This document shows, one piece after another, positions 13,634 through 26,832 of a stretch of 64,000 nucleotides of DNA. Within the stretch, counting starts at the first letter, position 1. The number at the start of each line of letters is the position of its first letter. The stretch spans positions 39,990,001 through 40,054,000 of the forward strand of contig OZ024756.1 of assembly GCA_964016885.1 (NCBI GenBank), written 5' to 3'. This DNA comes from Eledone cirrhosa. Lineage: Eukaryota. The position numbers and the translations under genes are program-made. The notes under the pieces were generated by a model. The model was not told where the DNA came from. It worked only from the letters and a program-made list of their open reading frames with translations, and did no database searches.

Positions 13634-13862
13634 TATTAAAATAACAGATTAAAGTATAAGCAAAGAATCGCTGCTTTCACCCTTAACGGATCTTCTGAAA
13701 CGTTTCAGAAGATCCCGTTAAGGGTGAAAGCAGCGATTCTTTGCTTATACTTTAATCTGTTATTTTAATAAATATTTGCTCTAGGGTTCTTATATATTTG
13801 ATATATATTTATCCTTATCGAGCCCTCTTTGGACTTTAGTCTTCATATTTATTATTATTACT
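13634..13862. mobile_element. Family D fold-back element in (TA)n
   Basis: Palindrome 13634-13770 centred on GAAAC|GTTTC; related copies at ~10303-10463 and ~14334-14428. Confidence 0.7.
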
Positions 13863-14297
13863 ATATTATATATAATGTGGGTGTGTAAACGTTTATTAGT
13901 TGAAAATACGACATAGCTCAGTGGCTTAGAGTTCTGTGTTAATTCAATTATGAAACTAATGATAAACCAATTGAAGCTTCCTTATTCAGTAGAAGAAAGA
14001 AATGTTTCTAAACAGCTCTAAGAATTGCCTTTAATGTCACACGATAACAGTGCAGACGTTTGAAATGTTGCTAATATAATACAATGGCAGTGTGGAGCAC
14101 GTGATATGTATATTGAGAGAGTCTATATATGTACATCGTTGTGAGAGGGTGGAGGGGAAGGACTTGTAGTGACTGCGATATTACAACATAAAGGAGACGA
14201 CACCCAACTGACATAATTGTATCTCCAGAGAACTGGAATATGATAAAGAATCTCCATAGAGAGACCACCCACATGCAAATGTTTGCAGTTGCAAAAT

Positions 14298-14341
<44 letters not shown>

Positions 14342-14423
14342 TAACAGATTAAAGTTTAAGCAAAGAATCGCTGCTTTCCTTATCGAGCCCTTTTTGGATT
14401 TAAGTCTTCACATTTATTATTAT

Positions 14424-14522
<99 letters not shown>

Positions 14523-15208
14523 TATTCTCTTTGTGTAAGTTAGTGACACAAAGAGAGCAGTGCCCATGATTTTAGTAGGCCTTAACAGACTGGTGAAATT
14601 TGGGTAGTTAATCTCTAGTGTGGATATATGCAGGTGAATGTCTTTAGGGGAAATAGGTGTGTGTGTTTGTATGTGTGTGTGTGCATGTGTGGAAGGGAAC
14701 AGCGAATCTGGTCTGAATGCTTATAACTATGAAGTTGTGTGATGTTGAGATAAAAAGCAAAAGTTAGCAGGAGACTGACTATACTCACAAGAGTGTTCTG
14801 GTGTACACGATGTAAAGGTTACAATCTAAAACTAAGGATATGTGTGTAATGAGAAGAGAGAAGATGTAGGTTTAGTTTGGTAAGTTGAGAAGCTAAACCA
14901 TTTAACTAACAATAACCTCTTTGGTAAGTACCCTAAGTCAAATTTAAATCGGGTGGCCTATTAGACCTTGCATACTTACATATGATGATATTGTGTGATA
15001 TATTTAGATATCATAATGAGATTGCTTACGATAATGGTGAATCCCGTAGAAAATTTCTTGTAGAGGTCACCTCTGAAGATGTGCATTTCATATGAGGTAC
15101 GGAGCGTGAGCCCCCATTTGCTCATAATAGTGAGATCGGAAGAGACGGAGGCAGTGACAGTGGGAGTTCGGTTCCTTTGTGTTCGGACCTGGTGTATATG
15201 TGTATGTT

Positions 15209-15239
<31 letters not shown>

Positions 15240-15329
15240 CGACAGTCGATCGACTTTCGTCAAATCGGACCGAGGAAACAATGTCTCCATTGGTCTTTCC
15301 AATTGCTAATACTATCTATCGGTCGCAAC

Positions 15330-15448
15330 TCCAGGTAGAAGGAGGAACGTGAAATAAAGTGTCTTGCTCAAGGACATAACGCATTGCCCGGTTCGGGAAT
15401 CGAACTCACGATTGTGAATCCAATTCTCTAGCCACTCAACCACATGCC

Positions 15449-15450
<2 letters not shown>
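15330..15450 (-). mobile_element. Second SINE family (GTGTCCTTGAGCAAGACAC core)
   Basis: Minus-strand GTTCGATTCCC B box and CORE/V-like central motif; relative at ~27420-27660 (+). Confidence 0.6.
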
Positions 15451-15509
<59 letters not shown>

Positions 15510-15623
15510 TATTTAATTAAATTGTTGTAAGTCCGACAAATATAAATTCACTATCCAGTGAATTTCCATCCGATAAGGTATGGTTTTTTTATGGGTACGT
15601 CTCTATTTATAAAACAAACTTTG

Positions 15624-15687
15624 TATTTTATCTGATGAAAGCGTACCAATGTTGTCTTGGTACCCTTGAAATATGTATAATAAAATA
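15624..15687 (+). ncRNA. Type I hammerhead ribozyme (family A variant)
   Basis: CTGATGA 15632-15638; stem II AAG-C-GTACCAA/TTGGTAC-C-CTT; GAAA 15668-15671; stem I TATTTTAT/ATAAAATA. Confidence 0.8.
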
Positions 15688-15963
15688 AATATGGTTTTAT
15701 ATATATATATATACCTATATATATATGTGTGTGTGTGTGTGGTACGTTGAGAGAGAGTTGCTACCGGGTAGAAAACCAAGGGAAAAAAACAGTTTTAATT
15801 TTACTACCACGGAAATCCAACAATGGAGGATAGTTGAGTGTTTGGTAGGAAATAGAAAAAAATGTATGAGATAAATAAATTTATTGTCAGACAACAGATT
15901 TAATCCCATGCTACAACAATATATTTTGTTTGTCACTTAATGTAGTTCTCTTCCGAAGGACGC

Positions 15964-16110
15964 TGGATTGGCAAAGGCAGTAGAGCGTCGGAGAAAATAC
16001 TTTGTACTGTTCCTTCCGGCTTTCTACGTTCTGAGTTCAAATCCCGCCTAGGTCGACTTTGCTTTCATCCCTTTGGGGTCGATAAACCAAGTACCAATCA
16101 AGTACTAGGT
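15964..16110 (+). mobile_element. tRNA-derived SINE (diverged)
   Basis: TGGCAAAGGCAGTAGAGC A box, GTTCAAATCC B box, central domain. Confidence 0.75.
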
Positions 16111-17370
16111 AGCTTCGTTATAATCACCACCACCCCGCCCACCTAAAACTAACAATCATTGCAGGTCATGTGCCTAATTTAGTAACTAAATGTAGTTCTT
16201 CTCTCCTCTACACCCACACAACCTTCCCTTCTGTGTAAATATAAGGGGTTATAATGTCTGAACCCAGCGGTTTATAATATCTCAGGCCAGGATTATTATC
16301 GTTAAAACGATTCTGAGTTTGATATCGAATATGTGAAATGAGATGGGAACAACCTCTAAAGTTACTCAAGTGAATGTTGATAACATTGTCAACCTCATCC
16401 TGTCGCATGAGAGAAATACAAGAGTGTAACTGGAAACGGTGTGATTCGTGTTCAGAACTAAAGTGTCATTTAAGTCTCTTTGTGTGTAAATATAAACATA
16501 TACTTACACAGACACACACTCACATACACAGACACACCCGCACACACACACACAGAGAGAAGATATGTAGACAATTATACACACACATACACAGACACAC
16601 GGGAGCACACAGACAATTAAACAAACATTGGATCATACAGTGTGTGTATATGTTTGCCTGAGAGAATATTATGCTCACCTTATGCACAGTGTGTCTGGAA
16701 CAGAAGCACGCAATCCTGTCATTTGTCAATTTACCCTCGATTTAACGAACAGACTTCACCTCTATCGGTTCGTTAAATCGAGGGTTTACAGTATATGTGT
16801 AGTTATTTAATTCAGTATCATTAAAATAAAGTATCTCTATCTATGTTGCTACACAGTACTCAGTTTCTTTACTGATTCAGACAACCAGGTCATTGAGTGA
16901 GAAACAAACCACACATTATTGAAGATCGTCACGCCGCCCTCCTTTAGTCAGGAAGGCCAAGTTATTTTTATCTGTCTGGTGACCATGGTGGACGCAACTG
17001 AAAGGGTTGAAGACGGGCACTTTCCTCTTCGGTGACCCCCTCATTAACTTTTTCAGGTTTCATCTGGAAAGTAAAATCAAGGTGGAGAGGGTACTGCTTT
17101 CCAGTCAGTTTGTTGAAAGGTGGGTGAGAGAGGCAAGAATTGCCCGTGTAGATGGGCCTGCCCTGAGCGTGTGCGTGTAGTACCATGAGAGAAGAACGAG
17201 GAGAGGGCGCTTGCCCTAGCTGTCGGGGTGACCATGGCTTTTTGTAGGTTTTCTGCGCGAGTGACCCTCGGATAGTCCGAGTAGTCCCGGATAGTCCGGG
17301 AGCTTCCAACAGCAATCGTTGCATTTTTTAAGGGTATGTCAATATTTATTTATAAAACTGATCTATATTA

Positions 17371-17435
17371 TATTTTGTCTGATGAAAGCACACCATAATT
17401 TAACTTGGTGTCCTTGAAATATGTATAATGAAATA
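17371..17435 (+). ncRNA. Type I hammerhead ribozyme (family A variant) within element ~17290-17566
   Basis: CTGATGA 17379-17385; stem II AAG-C-ACACCA/TGGTGT-C-CTT; GAAA 17416-17419; stem I TATTTTGT/ATGAAATA kept by two G.U pairs. Confidence 0.75.
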
Positions 17436-17562
17436 AATATGGCTTTATAAATATAGTTTCCATTTGTTAATATCGTATGTTTACTCCAAATATTTGTTGA
17501 GTGCTTTATATCAGTTATAAAAATATTTGCTTGTTGTATCCCAACAATTTAAATAGAACTTT

Positions 17563-17610
<48 letters not shown>

Positions 17611-17805
17611 CTTCATGTCACTGTATCTCAGCCATTGGTCCTGCCTGGTGCTGGTTGACATTCTCTATGACCTAAACACGTTATAAGATCACACAGAAAG
17701 TTATTATTGTCTCAAAGTCACGCTAGGAATATTTTTTTTACAGTTTCGTGATAGTTTCGTGACAGGTGAGGATAAGATTGGTGTTGTGTTCGACGTCGTA
17801 GTCGT

Positions 17806-18572
17806 CGTTGGTGGTGGTGGTGGTGGTGGTTGTGGTGGTTGTGGTTGTGGTGGTGGTGGTGGTGGTGGTGGTAGTGGTGGTGGTGGTGCTGGTGGTTGTG
17901 GTTGGTTGTGTTGGTGGTGGTGGTGGTTGTGGTGGTTGTGGTTGACTGTGGTGGTGGTGGTGGTGGTGGTTGTGGTGGTTGTGGTTGTGGTGGTGGTGGT
18001 GGTGGTTGTGGTGGTGGTGGTTTGTGGTGGTGGTGGTGGTTGTGGTTGTGGTGGTGGTGGTTGTGGTGGTGGTGGTTGTGGTTGTGGTGGTGGTGGTTGA
18101 CTGTGGTGGTGGTGGTGGTGGTTGTGGTTGGTTGTGGTGGTGGCGGTTGGTGGTGGTGGTGGTTGTGGTGGTTGTGGTTGTGGTGGTTGTGGTGGTGGTT
18201 GTGGTTGTGGTGGTGGTGGTGGTTGTGGTGGTTGTGGTTGTGGTGGTGGTGGTGGTGGTTGTGGTTGTGGTGGTGGTGGTTTGTGGTGGTGGTGGTTGTG
18301 GTTGTGGTTGTGGTGGTGGTGGTTGTGGTGGTGGTGGTTGTGGTTGTGGTGGTGGTGGTTGACTGTGGTGGTGGTGGTGGTGGTTGTGGTGGTGGCGGTT
18401 GGTGGTGGTGGTGGTGGTGGTGGTGGTTGACTGTGGTGGTGGTTGACTGTGGTGGTGGTGGTTGGTGGTTGTGGTGGTTGTGGTTGTGGTGGTGGCGGTT
18501 GTGGTGGTGGTGGTGGTTGTGGTGGTGGTGGTGGTTGTGGTGGTGGTGGTGGTGGTTGACTGTGGTGGTGGT
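17806..18572. repeat. (GGT)n/GGTTGT low-complexity repeat
   Basis: Direct reading. Confidence 0.95.
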
Positions 18573-18724
18573 GTTGTAGTCGTTGCCATTAACACCACCA
18601 CCACCACCACCACTAAGAATAGAAAATATGCCAAAATACGTAGCAAGAGAACAAAAGAAATAGTTTGTATATTTCACTAATTAAAACGACTGATTTACCT
18701 GGTTGAAGTAAAGGTAAAGTCAGT

Positions 18725-19257
18725 GTGTGTGGTGAGAGAGAGAGATGGTATGTGTAGAGATAGATAGTGTGTGTGTGAGAGAGATGGTGTGTGGTGGTGG
18801 GGAGAGAGATGGTGTGTGGTGAGAGGGGGAGAGAGAGATGGTGTGTGGTGGTGGGGAGAGATGGTGTGTGGTGAGGGGGGAGAGAGAGATGGTATGTGGT
18901 GGTGGGGAGAGAGAGATGGTGTGTGTTGAGAGGGGGGAGAGAGATGGTGTGGTGAGAGGGGGAGAGAGACGGTGTGTTGTGAGAGGGGGAGAGAGAGAGA
19001 CGGTGTGTGGTGAGAGGGGGAGAGAGAGATGGTGTGTGGTGATGGGGAGAGAGAGATGGTATGTGTTGAGAGGGGGAGAGAGAGAGATGGTGTGTGGTGA
19101 GAGGGGGAGAGAGAGATGGTGTGTGGTGAGAGGGGGAGAGAGAGAGAGATGGTGTGTGGTGAGAGGGGGAGAGAGATGGTGTGTGGTGAGAGGGGGAGAG
19201 AGAGAGATGGTGTGTGGTGAGAGGGGGAGAGAGAGATGGTGTGTGGTGAGAGAGAGA
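18725..19257. repeat. GAGAGATGGTGTGTGGTGAGAGGGG minisatellite
   Basis: Direct reading. Confidence 0.9.
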
Positions 19258-20687
19258 TTCTTTTAACAATCAACTTTAGAATATTGTTGTCAATAGAAAG
19301 GAGGAAATAACAGCAGGAAGTTGATGAGAAGGTTTATCTCTTCTGTATTTCACATATCTCTCTCACATTACATATACCACTCTCTCTCACACATTACATA
19401 TACCACTCTCTCTCTCTCTCTCTTTCTCACATTACATATACCTCTCTCTCTCTCCACACACACCTCTCTCTCTCTACACACACACACATTACACATACTT
19501 CTCTCTAAATGACACAGATACACACACACACAAATATGTGTGTATCTGTGTGTGTAATATGTAAATATTGGAGCAGACTTTCCCAGCCGATCAACCACAG
19601 TAATATTTATCATCTCATATTTGTCTCACGATATTCTCACGGGATCAAGTCCAAACGCATAATTCCACATCACACAATGCCAACAGTCCAACAACACAGC
19701 CAAACACCAACAGCCAACAACACAGCCAAACACCAACAGCCAACAACACAGCCAAACACCAACAGCCAACAACACAGCCAGACACCAACAGCCAGACACC
19801 AACAGCCAAACACCAACAGCCAACAACACAGCCAGACACCAACAGTCCAACAACACAGCCAGACACCAACAGTCCAACACCAACAGTCCAACAACACAGC
19901 CAAACACCAACAGCCAACCATCTCTATTTACCAATCTGTCCATTATATGTACGTCTTAACTCTACTCTTACACAAGTCCAAGTATTCTTAGGTTTCTCCA
20001 GTTCAAGTTGTTGTAAATATTCAGCATTTTCTTCTTCTTCTTCTTCTTCTTCTTCTTCGTCTGTCTTCCCTTCTCCTCCTCCCCGCCGTCGTCTGTCTTC
20101 CCCCCTCCTCCCCGCCGTCGTCTGTCTTCCCCCTCCTCCCCGCCGTTGTCTGTCTCTCCCCCCTCCTCCTCCTCTCCGCCGTCTCCCCCCCCCCGCCTCA
20201 CCCCACCCACAAGTCACCATACATTATTCATGTCCGTCAGAATTCCCACAACAAAATCTAGTCAAAATAGAATGAGTGGGAAGAAATGAGACGGTCTTTT
20301 CACGTGTCCTGGAAACCATCAGGGCCATGGAAACCAGCCCCACGCCACTACATAACACACCTGTCCTCATGTATGTTATGTAGAGCATCGTCGGTATGTG
20401 TCAGTGTATTTATTGTTTCATAGGATATAATACACCAATATTTTCAAAACCAACAAAGGAGTTTCTCTCTGGTCGTCGCTGGAGCTGCTTGCTAGAAATA
20501 GCAGCCAAATCTCCTTAGAATCACGCCCTCTCCTCTTTAAAAAACATGAAGGGTTCAACCCTCAAACCTTAATTTACAAGTAAATAATCAAAATATGATA
20601 ATTTCTGAAGGGCACAGTTTACTCCCAGTAAAAATATCTAATACCACTTGTTAACAAGGCGGGGAACCAATAAGATGCTGCTGTAAT

Positions 20688-20880
20688 GTGGATTGGCAGA
20701 ATCGGTAGAGCGTCAGACACCATGCTTTGCAGCATAGAGTTACAGTCCTTTATGTTCTGAGTTCAAATCCTGCCAAGGTTAGCTTTGCTTTTCATCCTTA
20801 CGGGGTTGATAAAATAAAGTACCAGTAATACACTGGGATAATTGCTGACCTTGTACCAAACGTAGAAACAATTATTATTA
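20688..20880 (+). mobile_element. tRNA-derived SINE, followed by further SINE fragments to ~21200
   Basis: Full A box, B box, central domain and ATT tail. Confidence 0.85.
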
Positions 20881-21245
20881 ACAGTACTACCAGTTACGTA
20901 CTGGGGTCGATTTGATCGACTTTACCCGCCAAAAAATTGTTGGCCTTGTAACTAAATCAGAAACCAGACTTATTGTCTCTATCGGTGGAGTATGCTTTGT
21001 GGATTAGGGTTGCGGCCCTTTACGTTCTGAGTTCAAATCTCCTATTGGTTCGACTTCCTTCTAAATTAGGCACAAGGCCAGCAAAATTGGGAGGGGGATA
21101 GGGGGAAGTCGACACCAGTACTTGAGTGCTACTTGACTGGAGTGGAACTTTGAGTGTAAAGTGTCAGAATATCTTAATGATGTTTTATCTGATGTTCTAC
21201 CAATCCTGGGTCTTTGACTGAGGAATGGTTCTTTCTAACAATGGC

Positions 21246-21299
<54 letters not shown>

Positions 21300-21431
21300 G
21301 AGGTTATATTTAATTTGTTGGGATTCAACAAGCTTAAAAAATGTTTATAACTGATATAAAGCACTCAACAATATAGTGGAGTAAATACACAATATATTAA
21401 TAAATGGAAACTATATTTATAAAACCATATT

Positions 21432-21497
21432 TATTTTATTATACATATTTCAAGGGCAACCAAGGCAAATTATGGTCCGTTTTCATCAGATAAAATA
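21432..21497 (-). ncRNA. Type I hammerhead ribozyme (family A) within element 21296-21570
   Basis: Minus-strand CTGATGA...GAAATATGTATA with TATTTTAT/ATAAAATA stem I; element flanked by (TA)n. Confidence 0.7.
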
Positions 21498-21605
21498 CAG
21501 ATTTGTTTTACAAATAAATATTGACATACCCGGAAAAAAGACAACCTTAACGGTTGGAGCCTCCTGGATATTGTATATATATATATATATATTTATTTAT
21601 TTATT

Positions 21606-21685
<80 letters not shown>

Positions 21686-22126
21686 AATGTATATGTGTGT
21701 ATGGAATCACTTATTTTCAAGATGGCTGAGACAGACTATCACCGTTAGTCGGTGTCGTATGAAATTAGTTACCAACTAAACATAGCCAGCTAATTATTAA
21801 CAGAAAACCACAGTCAAAACAACCGTTAAACCACCAATGTAAACATAGTCACATGATACTCTTGTCGCCATCTTTTGAAGCATTTGGACTGGCAGCAGCA
21901 GCAGCAGTAGTAGTAGTAGAAGAAGATGGTGGTGGTGGTGGTGGTGGTGGTAATATCTTAAGAATAGTACCAGTCAAATACCGATATATATGTGTATATA
22001 TATATATGAAAAGAAACAATGCACTTATTTATAAGAAGAGTTTAAATTAATGCATGCAAGATTTCACAGCTCTAGCATCATTCCTTCATAGTCAGTCTAT
22101 GGACTTTTCAATCCACCCTCGTCGTT

Positions 22127-22163
<37 letters not shown>

Positions 22164-22223
22164 TGCGTAATTCCAAAGGAAAAACAAAGGAAAAGAGAGT
22201 GTTCTATGTATAGAACAGAGCCA

Positions 22224-22290
22224 TTTATCTGACGAAGGATCCAGACGTATATTATTATCGTCTTTGATCCAGAAACCTTTGGTAATGGAG
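22224..22290 (+). ncRNA. Hammerhead-like ribozyme, family C (CTGACGA core), within element ~22165-22320
   Basis: CTGACGA 22229-22235; GGATC.AGACG/CGTCT..GATCC stem II; GAAACC-TTT-GGTA; preceded by an inverted 3' segment of the same family. Confidence 0.6.
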
Positions 22291-22320
22291 TAGTTATATT
22301 TTGTGTTGTTCACTTTCTAA

Positions 22321-22360
<40 letters not shown>

Positions 22361-22719
22361 ATGTGTGTGTAAAGATGTGTATGTTAATATGGTTTTCTCC
22401 CAGACCTAAATAAATTCAGCAGCTCTGAGATCAAAGACGTTCCAACCGTGAGCATCCCATATTGTTTTCAAACAGTAAATCTAAGATAACATTATTCTGA
22501 CAGCTGGGTTCTATTTGTGGGAGATTTGACTGCTATTTCTAATACCTTTGATAATGCTCCCCGCAATTTCAAGACGAAACCTTCCTTTGGGATTGTTTAA
22601 ATCCCAGAACAGCAAAAGAGCCAAAGAACTCCTACAATTTCAGATAAGCATTTCTAATTTATTTCTATTTTAGACAATACAGTAAGAGTGGATTATGTCT
22701 TTATATTCAAATGGTGAAA

Positions 22720-22762
22720 ACACCCGACATGTTTCGATCTTGTCCGATCTCTTCAGCGATGT
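22720..22762 (-). ncRNA. Minimal hammerhead-like motif (PLE type)
   Basis: Minus strand CTGAAGA-GATC-ggacaa-GATC-GAAAC-AT-GTC; palindromic ACATGT in stem III; stem I imperfect. Confidence 0.55.
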
Positions 22763-22923
22763 AAAAACGCATTCGAAATTGGCTCCGACGGTAAGAAAGT
22801 TCCCATGAGCTATTTTACCTGCATCCTACCTTCACATATACAATCAGCAGAAAGTACTCCTCCCACGTTTTCTAAATATTTCCACCATATTGTATATACT
22901 CATGCACACATACACACACACAT

Positions 22924-22978
<55 letters not shown>

Positions 22979-23313
22979 TATGTGTGTGTGTGTGTATAAT
23001 ATATATATATATATTGTTATACTTTGGGAGGGTCATGTTGCCAATAAGAAACACACGCACCAGTTGCTTTCACTTCAATTTATTATAATAAATTTATAAA
23101 TTTAGGAATTTATAAATTTCCGGTTAGTTGGTTGGTTCCACAACCAGATGATTGTTTATATATATGTCGTCAAAGTTCTTTCGTCACACATTCTGTGGCC
23201 TCTTCAGTGACTGCGGATTCTTTTCTTTGTTTGTGTGCCTCTCCTTTGTTCTGTCCTACGCCAACAAGATAGATAGACAGGTAGATAGATAGATAGATAG
23301 ATAGATAGGTAGG

Positions 23314-23361
<48 letters not shown>

Positions 23362-23385
23362 CAGGTAGATAGATAGATAGATAGG

Positions 23386-23421
<36 letters not shown>

Positions 23422-23525
23422 CAGGTAGATAGGTAGATAGGTAGAACTGAGCCAATTACATGGAGCCACTCAAATTGATCCAAAATCGATTATCTTGTCT
23501 ATCTTGTTACTTCTGTTTATAAAGG

Positions 23526-23573
<48 letters not shown>

Positions 23574-23641
23574 CTATCAATCTGAGTGTAACCTCATCTA
23601 TATAAGTCGGTCCTCGAAAGTGTTAAATTTTACATCGCTGG

Positions 23642-23741
<100 letters not shown>

Positions 23742-24094
23742 TGTGCGTGTGTGTGTGTGTGGCAAGTGACCAAACCAGTTAGATTGGCACCAATATGTGT
23801 TGATGCTTTTAAATCGTCCACTTTATTCCGACCTTCGCCATCCGCCATTGTTTAGTTTAGTTGATCAATAATTATATATCATAACACATTGTTACATCTT
23901 TAAAACCATTCGTCAGCCTACTGAAACACATTGCCTTAACACTATCAACACACACACACACACACACACACTATTCCTACCAATACGATACACGTACACA
24001 CACCCATATATGTATGTATTTATATATTTACTATCTCTACCAACACCACACGCAAGCACGTGCGGTTATTACCCGATCCCCTTCGGGAAACCTT

Positions 24095-24423
<329 letters not shown>

Positions 24424-24618
24424 GCAGAGGTTATATTTAATTTGTTGGGATTCAACAAGCTTAAAATGTTTATAACTGATATAAAGCACTCATTTGCATA
24501 CTCACTCATAACTTTGTATTACCCTCAATAAAGTATTATCTCCACTATCCAGGAAGCTCCAACCGTTAAGGTTGTCTTTTTTCCGGTTATGTCAATATTT
24601 ATTTATAAAACAAATCTG

Positions 24619-24684
24619 TATTTTATCTGATGAAAGCGCACCATAATTTGCCTTGGTTGCCCTTGAAATATATATAATAAAATA
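24619..24684 (+). ncRNA. Type I hammerhead ribozyme (family A) within element 24423-24727
   Basis: CTGATGA 24627-24633, GAAA 24665-24668, 8-bp stem I; preceded by an inverted copy of the element 3' end (24423-24492). Confidence 0.78.
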
Positions 24685-24724
24685 AATATGGTTTTATAAA
24701 TATAGTTTCCATTTATTAATATAT

Positions 24725-24775
<51 letters not shown>

Positions 24776-24803
24776 TTTGAAATTATTAGAAATGTAAGCT
24801 ATC

Positions 24804-24989
24804 GCCGTATTTTGACTAAAGAAATTAAAGAAATTATTTAGCCTGATAGTGGGGTTAAGAACCCTCGGAGAAATGGAAAAAGATGAGTATTGACGTACGT
24901 CAATACTCATCTTTTTCCATTTCTCCGAGGGTTCTTAACCCCACTATCAGGCTAAATAATTTCTTTAATTTCTTTAGTCAAAATACGGC
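24804..24989. repeat. 186-bp spacerless palindrome between (TA)n tracts
   Basis: Centre GACGT|ACGTC at 24896/24897; arms read as exact reverse complements. Confidence 0.9.
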
Positions 24990-24994
24990 TTTCT

Positions 24995-25052
<58 letters not shown>

Positions 25053-25374
25053 AAATGTGTGAGATCCTTGGTACAGTTAGGTATATTTGAAAAAAAGGAA
25101 AAGAATGACTTCACTTGTAGTTGTAAATAATTTGATTTAATTTTATAATATAACATTATGAGTTGGTAGACCTACCAACTCATAATGTAAGGGATATATT
25201 AGGTTAACGCTTGATATAGCAGGAAGAGGGTCTTAATGTTTCGGACGCTAGTCGTTCATCAGATGAAAGAATGAGAAATAAGATAGATTGAGGGGACGGG
25301 GGGGGGGGGGGGGGCATTGGAAAAAAAATGTATTTAGATAAAGATAACAGGTCCATTCATGTTGACATCTCTTG

Positions 25375-25415
<41 letters not shown>

Positions 25416-25417
<2 letters not shown>

Positions 25418-25606
25418 CGAAGGAAATGTGGTAAGGAACCAGGTGGACCATAACGCACCAAAGTACTCAATACTTAGGGTAGTAGAGTGGGTAATAGGAA
25501 CCAGTAAGACCCCGACGGCTGAGCTCAAGCCGTTTCGGCGGCTAATTCTGAGTCCAGAATTAGCCGTCGAAACGGCTTGAGCTCAGTCGTCGGGGTCTTA
25601 CTGGTT

Positions 25607-25611
<5 letters not shown>
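25416..25611. mobile_element. Family B fold-back element in (TA)n
   Basis: 57-bp inverted arms 25494-25550/25555-25611; homologous to 26833-27026, 27180-27368 and 53215-53336. Confidence 0.75.
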
Positions 25612-25648
<37 letters not shown>

Positions 25649-26832
25649 TGTACGCAGATCTCTCCTTTTGTAAAAAACAAATATCTATGTACGACCGATA
25701 AATTCTGACCTGTTCTACAAATCTACCAACTAACGTGTTGACTTATAACTCTCAGTATTGGTTATTGAATAAGGGAGTGCTAGTTATGCGCATGCCACAT
25801 TGATCCCAGTGGTTACATGTCACGCCTGACCACACAACTACTCTGATATTCGTAGAAGGTAACTCAAAGTGTAAGTCTACCATGGCTGATACGCTTCAAT
25901 GGTTAACTAATTTATATGGGATTCATTTCAAACAACAGTTTTGTGCTATGGTTTTCTTTCATTTCTTATTTACATAAGTTTTCATTTACTTTGAACACAC
26001 ACACACACACACACACGTGTGTGTGTGTGTGTGTGTTACCATGAAAAAAATCAGGAAAGCTAGGCAGAAGATATGGACAGAAGAATTTGTGTTCTCTTTT
26101 AACATATGTTTCTGTACAATTACATTACATAACAGTCAACATCTGCTGACTACGTTATATAATGTTCATTCGTTCGCATTACTGTAATTACACTTCATCA
26201 GAAAGAGAATTAATAGGGGAATAAAAGTTGGTTATATTCTTAGTTGTCAGTTCCGCCCGCTTACTGATGACAAAGCTACTTTGGTATACAGAGAAAATCG
26301 GAATCAAAATATAATATATAAATAGCGAACAAAGAATTTAAAATAAAGATTACGGTTTTTGATGTGTTATTCCTTTAAGATGTGTGATATGAGGGAGATT
26401 TGACTGCTATTTTTAACATCATTTTTATGACAGTAGAGTATGCGCGCCCACACCACTACTACTACTGCTACTTGTATTGCGGTCAATGAACTGTCGAAAC
26501 GCGTATAACAAAATAAACATGTTAAACTGATTAACTGAGTGAGAGAGGTGAGGAGAACTGGAAAATATATTATATTCAAGTTTGCTACAGACGCTGTGTA
26601 TGCAAGTATGTCATGTCACAATTACACAAACAAATAATTGAAAGTTTAGCGACAACAAATATCTGAAAAACTAAGTTAGATCAGTCGTTTCAATCCTATC
26701 ACCTTTACATGCAACAAGTTCAGACAGACAAAACTCTTTGTATATAGTATGTCAATAGAACTTTATATATGTCAATAGTATGCAGGCATAGTATCCACAA
26801 AAACATTTGCATATATATATATATATATATAT

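Larger units (their letters stand above)
9380..15200 (+). pseudogene. Possible decayed MORN-repeat + VPS9 (alsin-like) gene fragments
   Basis: Hand-translated pieces in domain order: MORN-like 9520-9590 and 9802-9993, helical-bundle-like 10660-10806, VPS9-like 12288-12410, C-terminal-like 15008-15095; stops and frameshifts present. Confidence 0.35.

Noticed and set aside
16930-17324. 118-aa minus-strand ORF, possibly an LTR-element 3' remnant with a purine tract
   Set aside because: No recognisable domain or paired LTR; cannot be supported.
17718-18677. His/Thr/Gly-Cys-rich ORFs
   Set aside because: All frames are open because of (GGT)n repeats.
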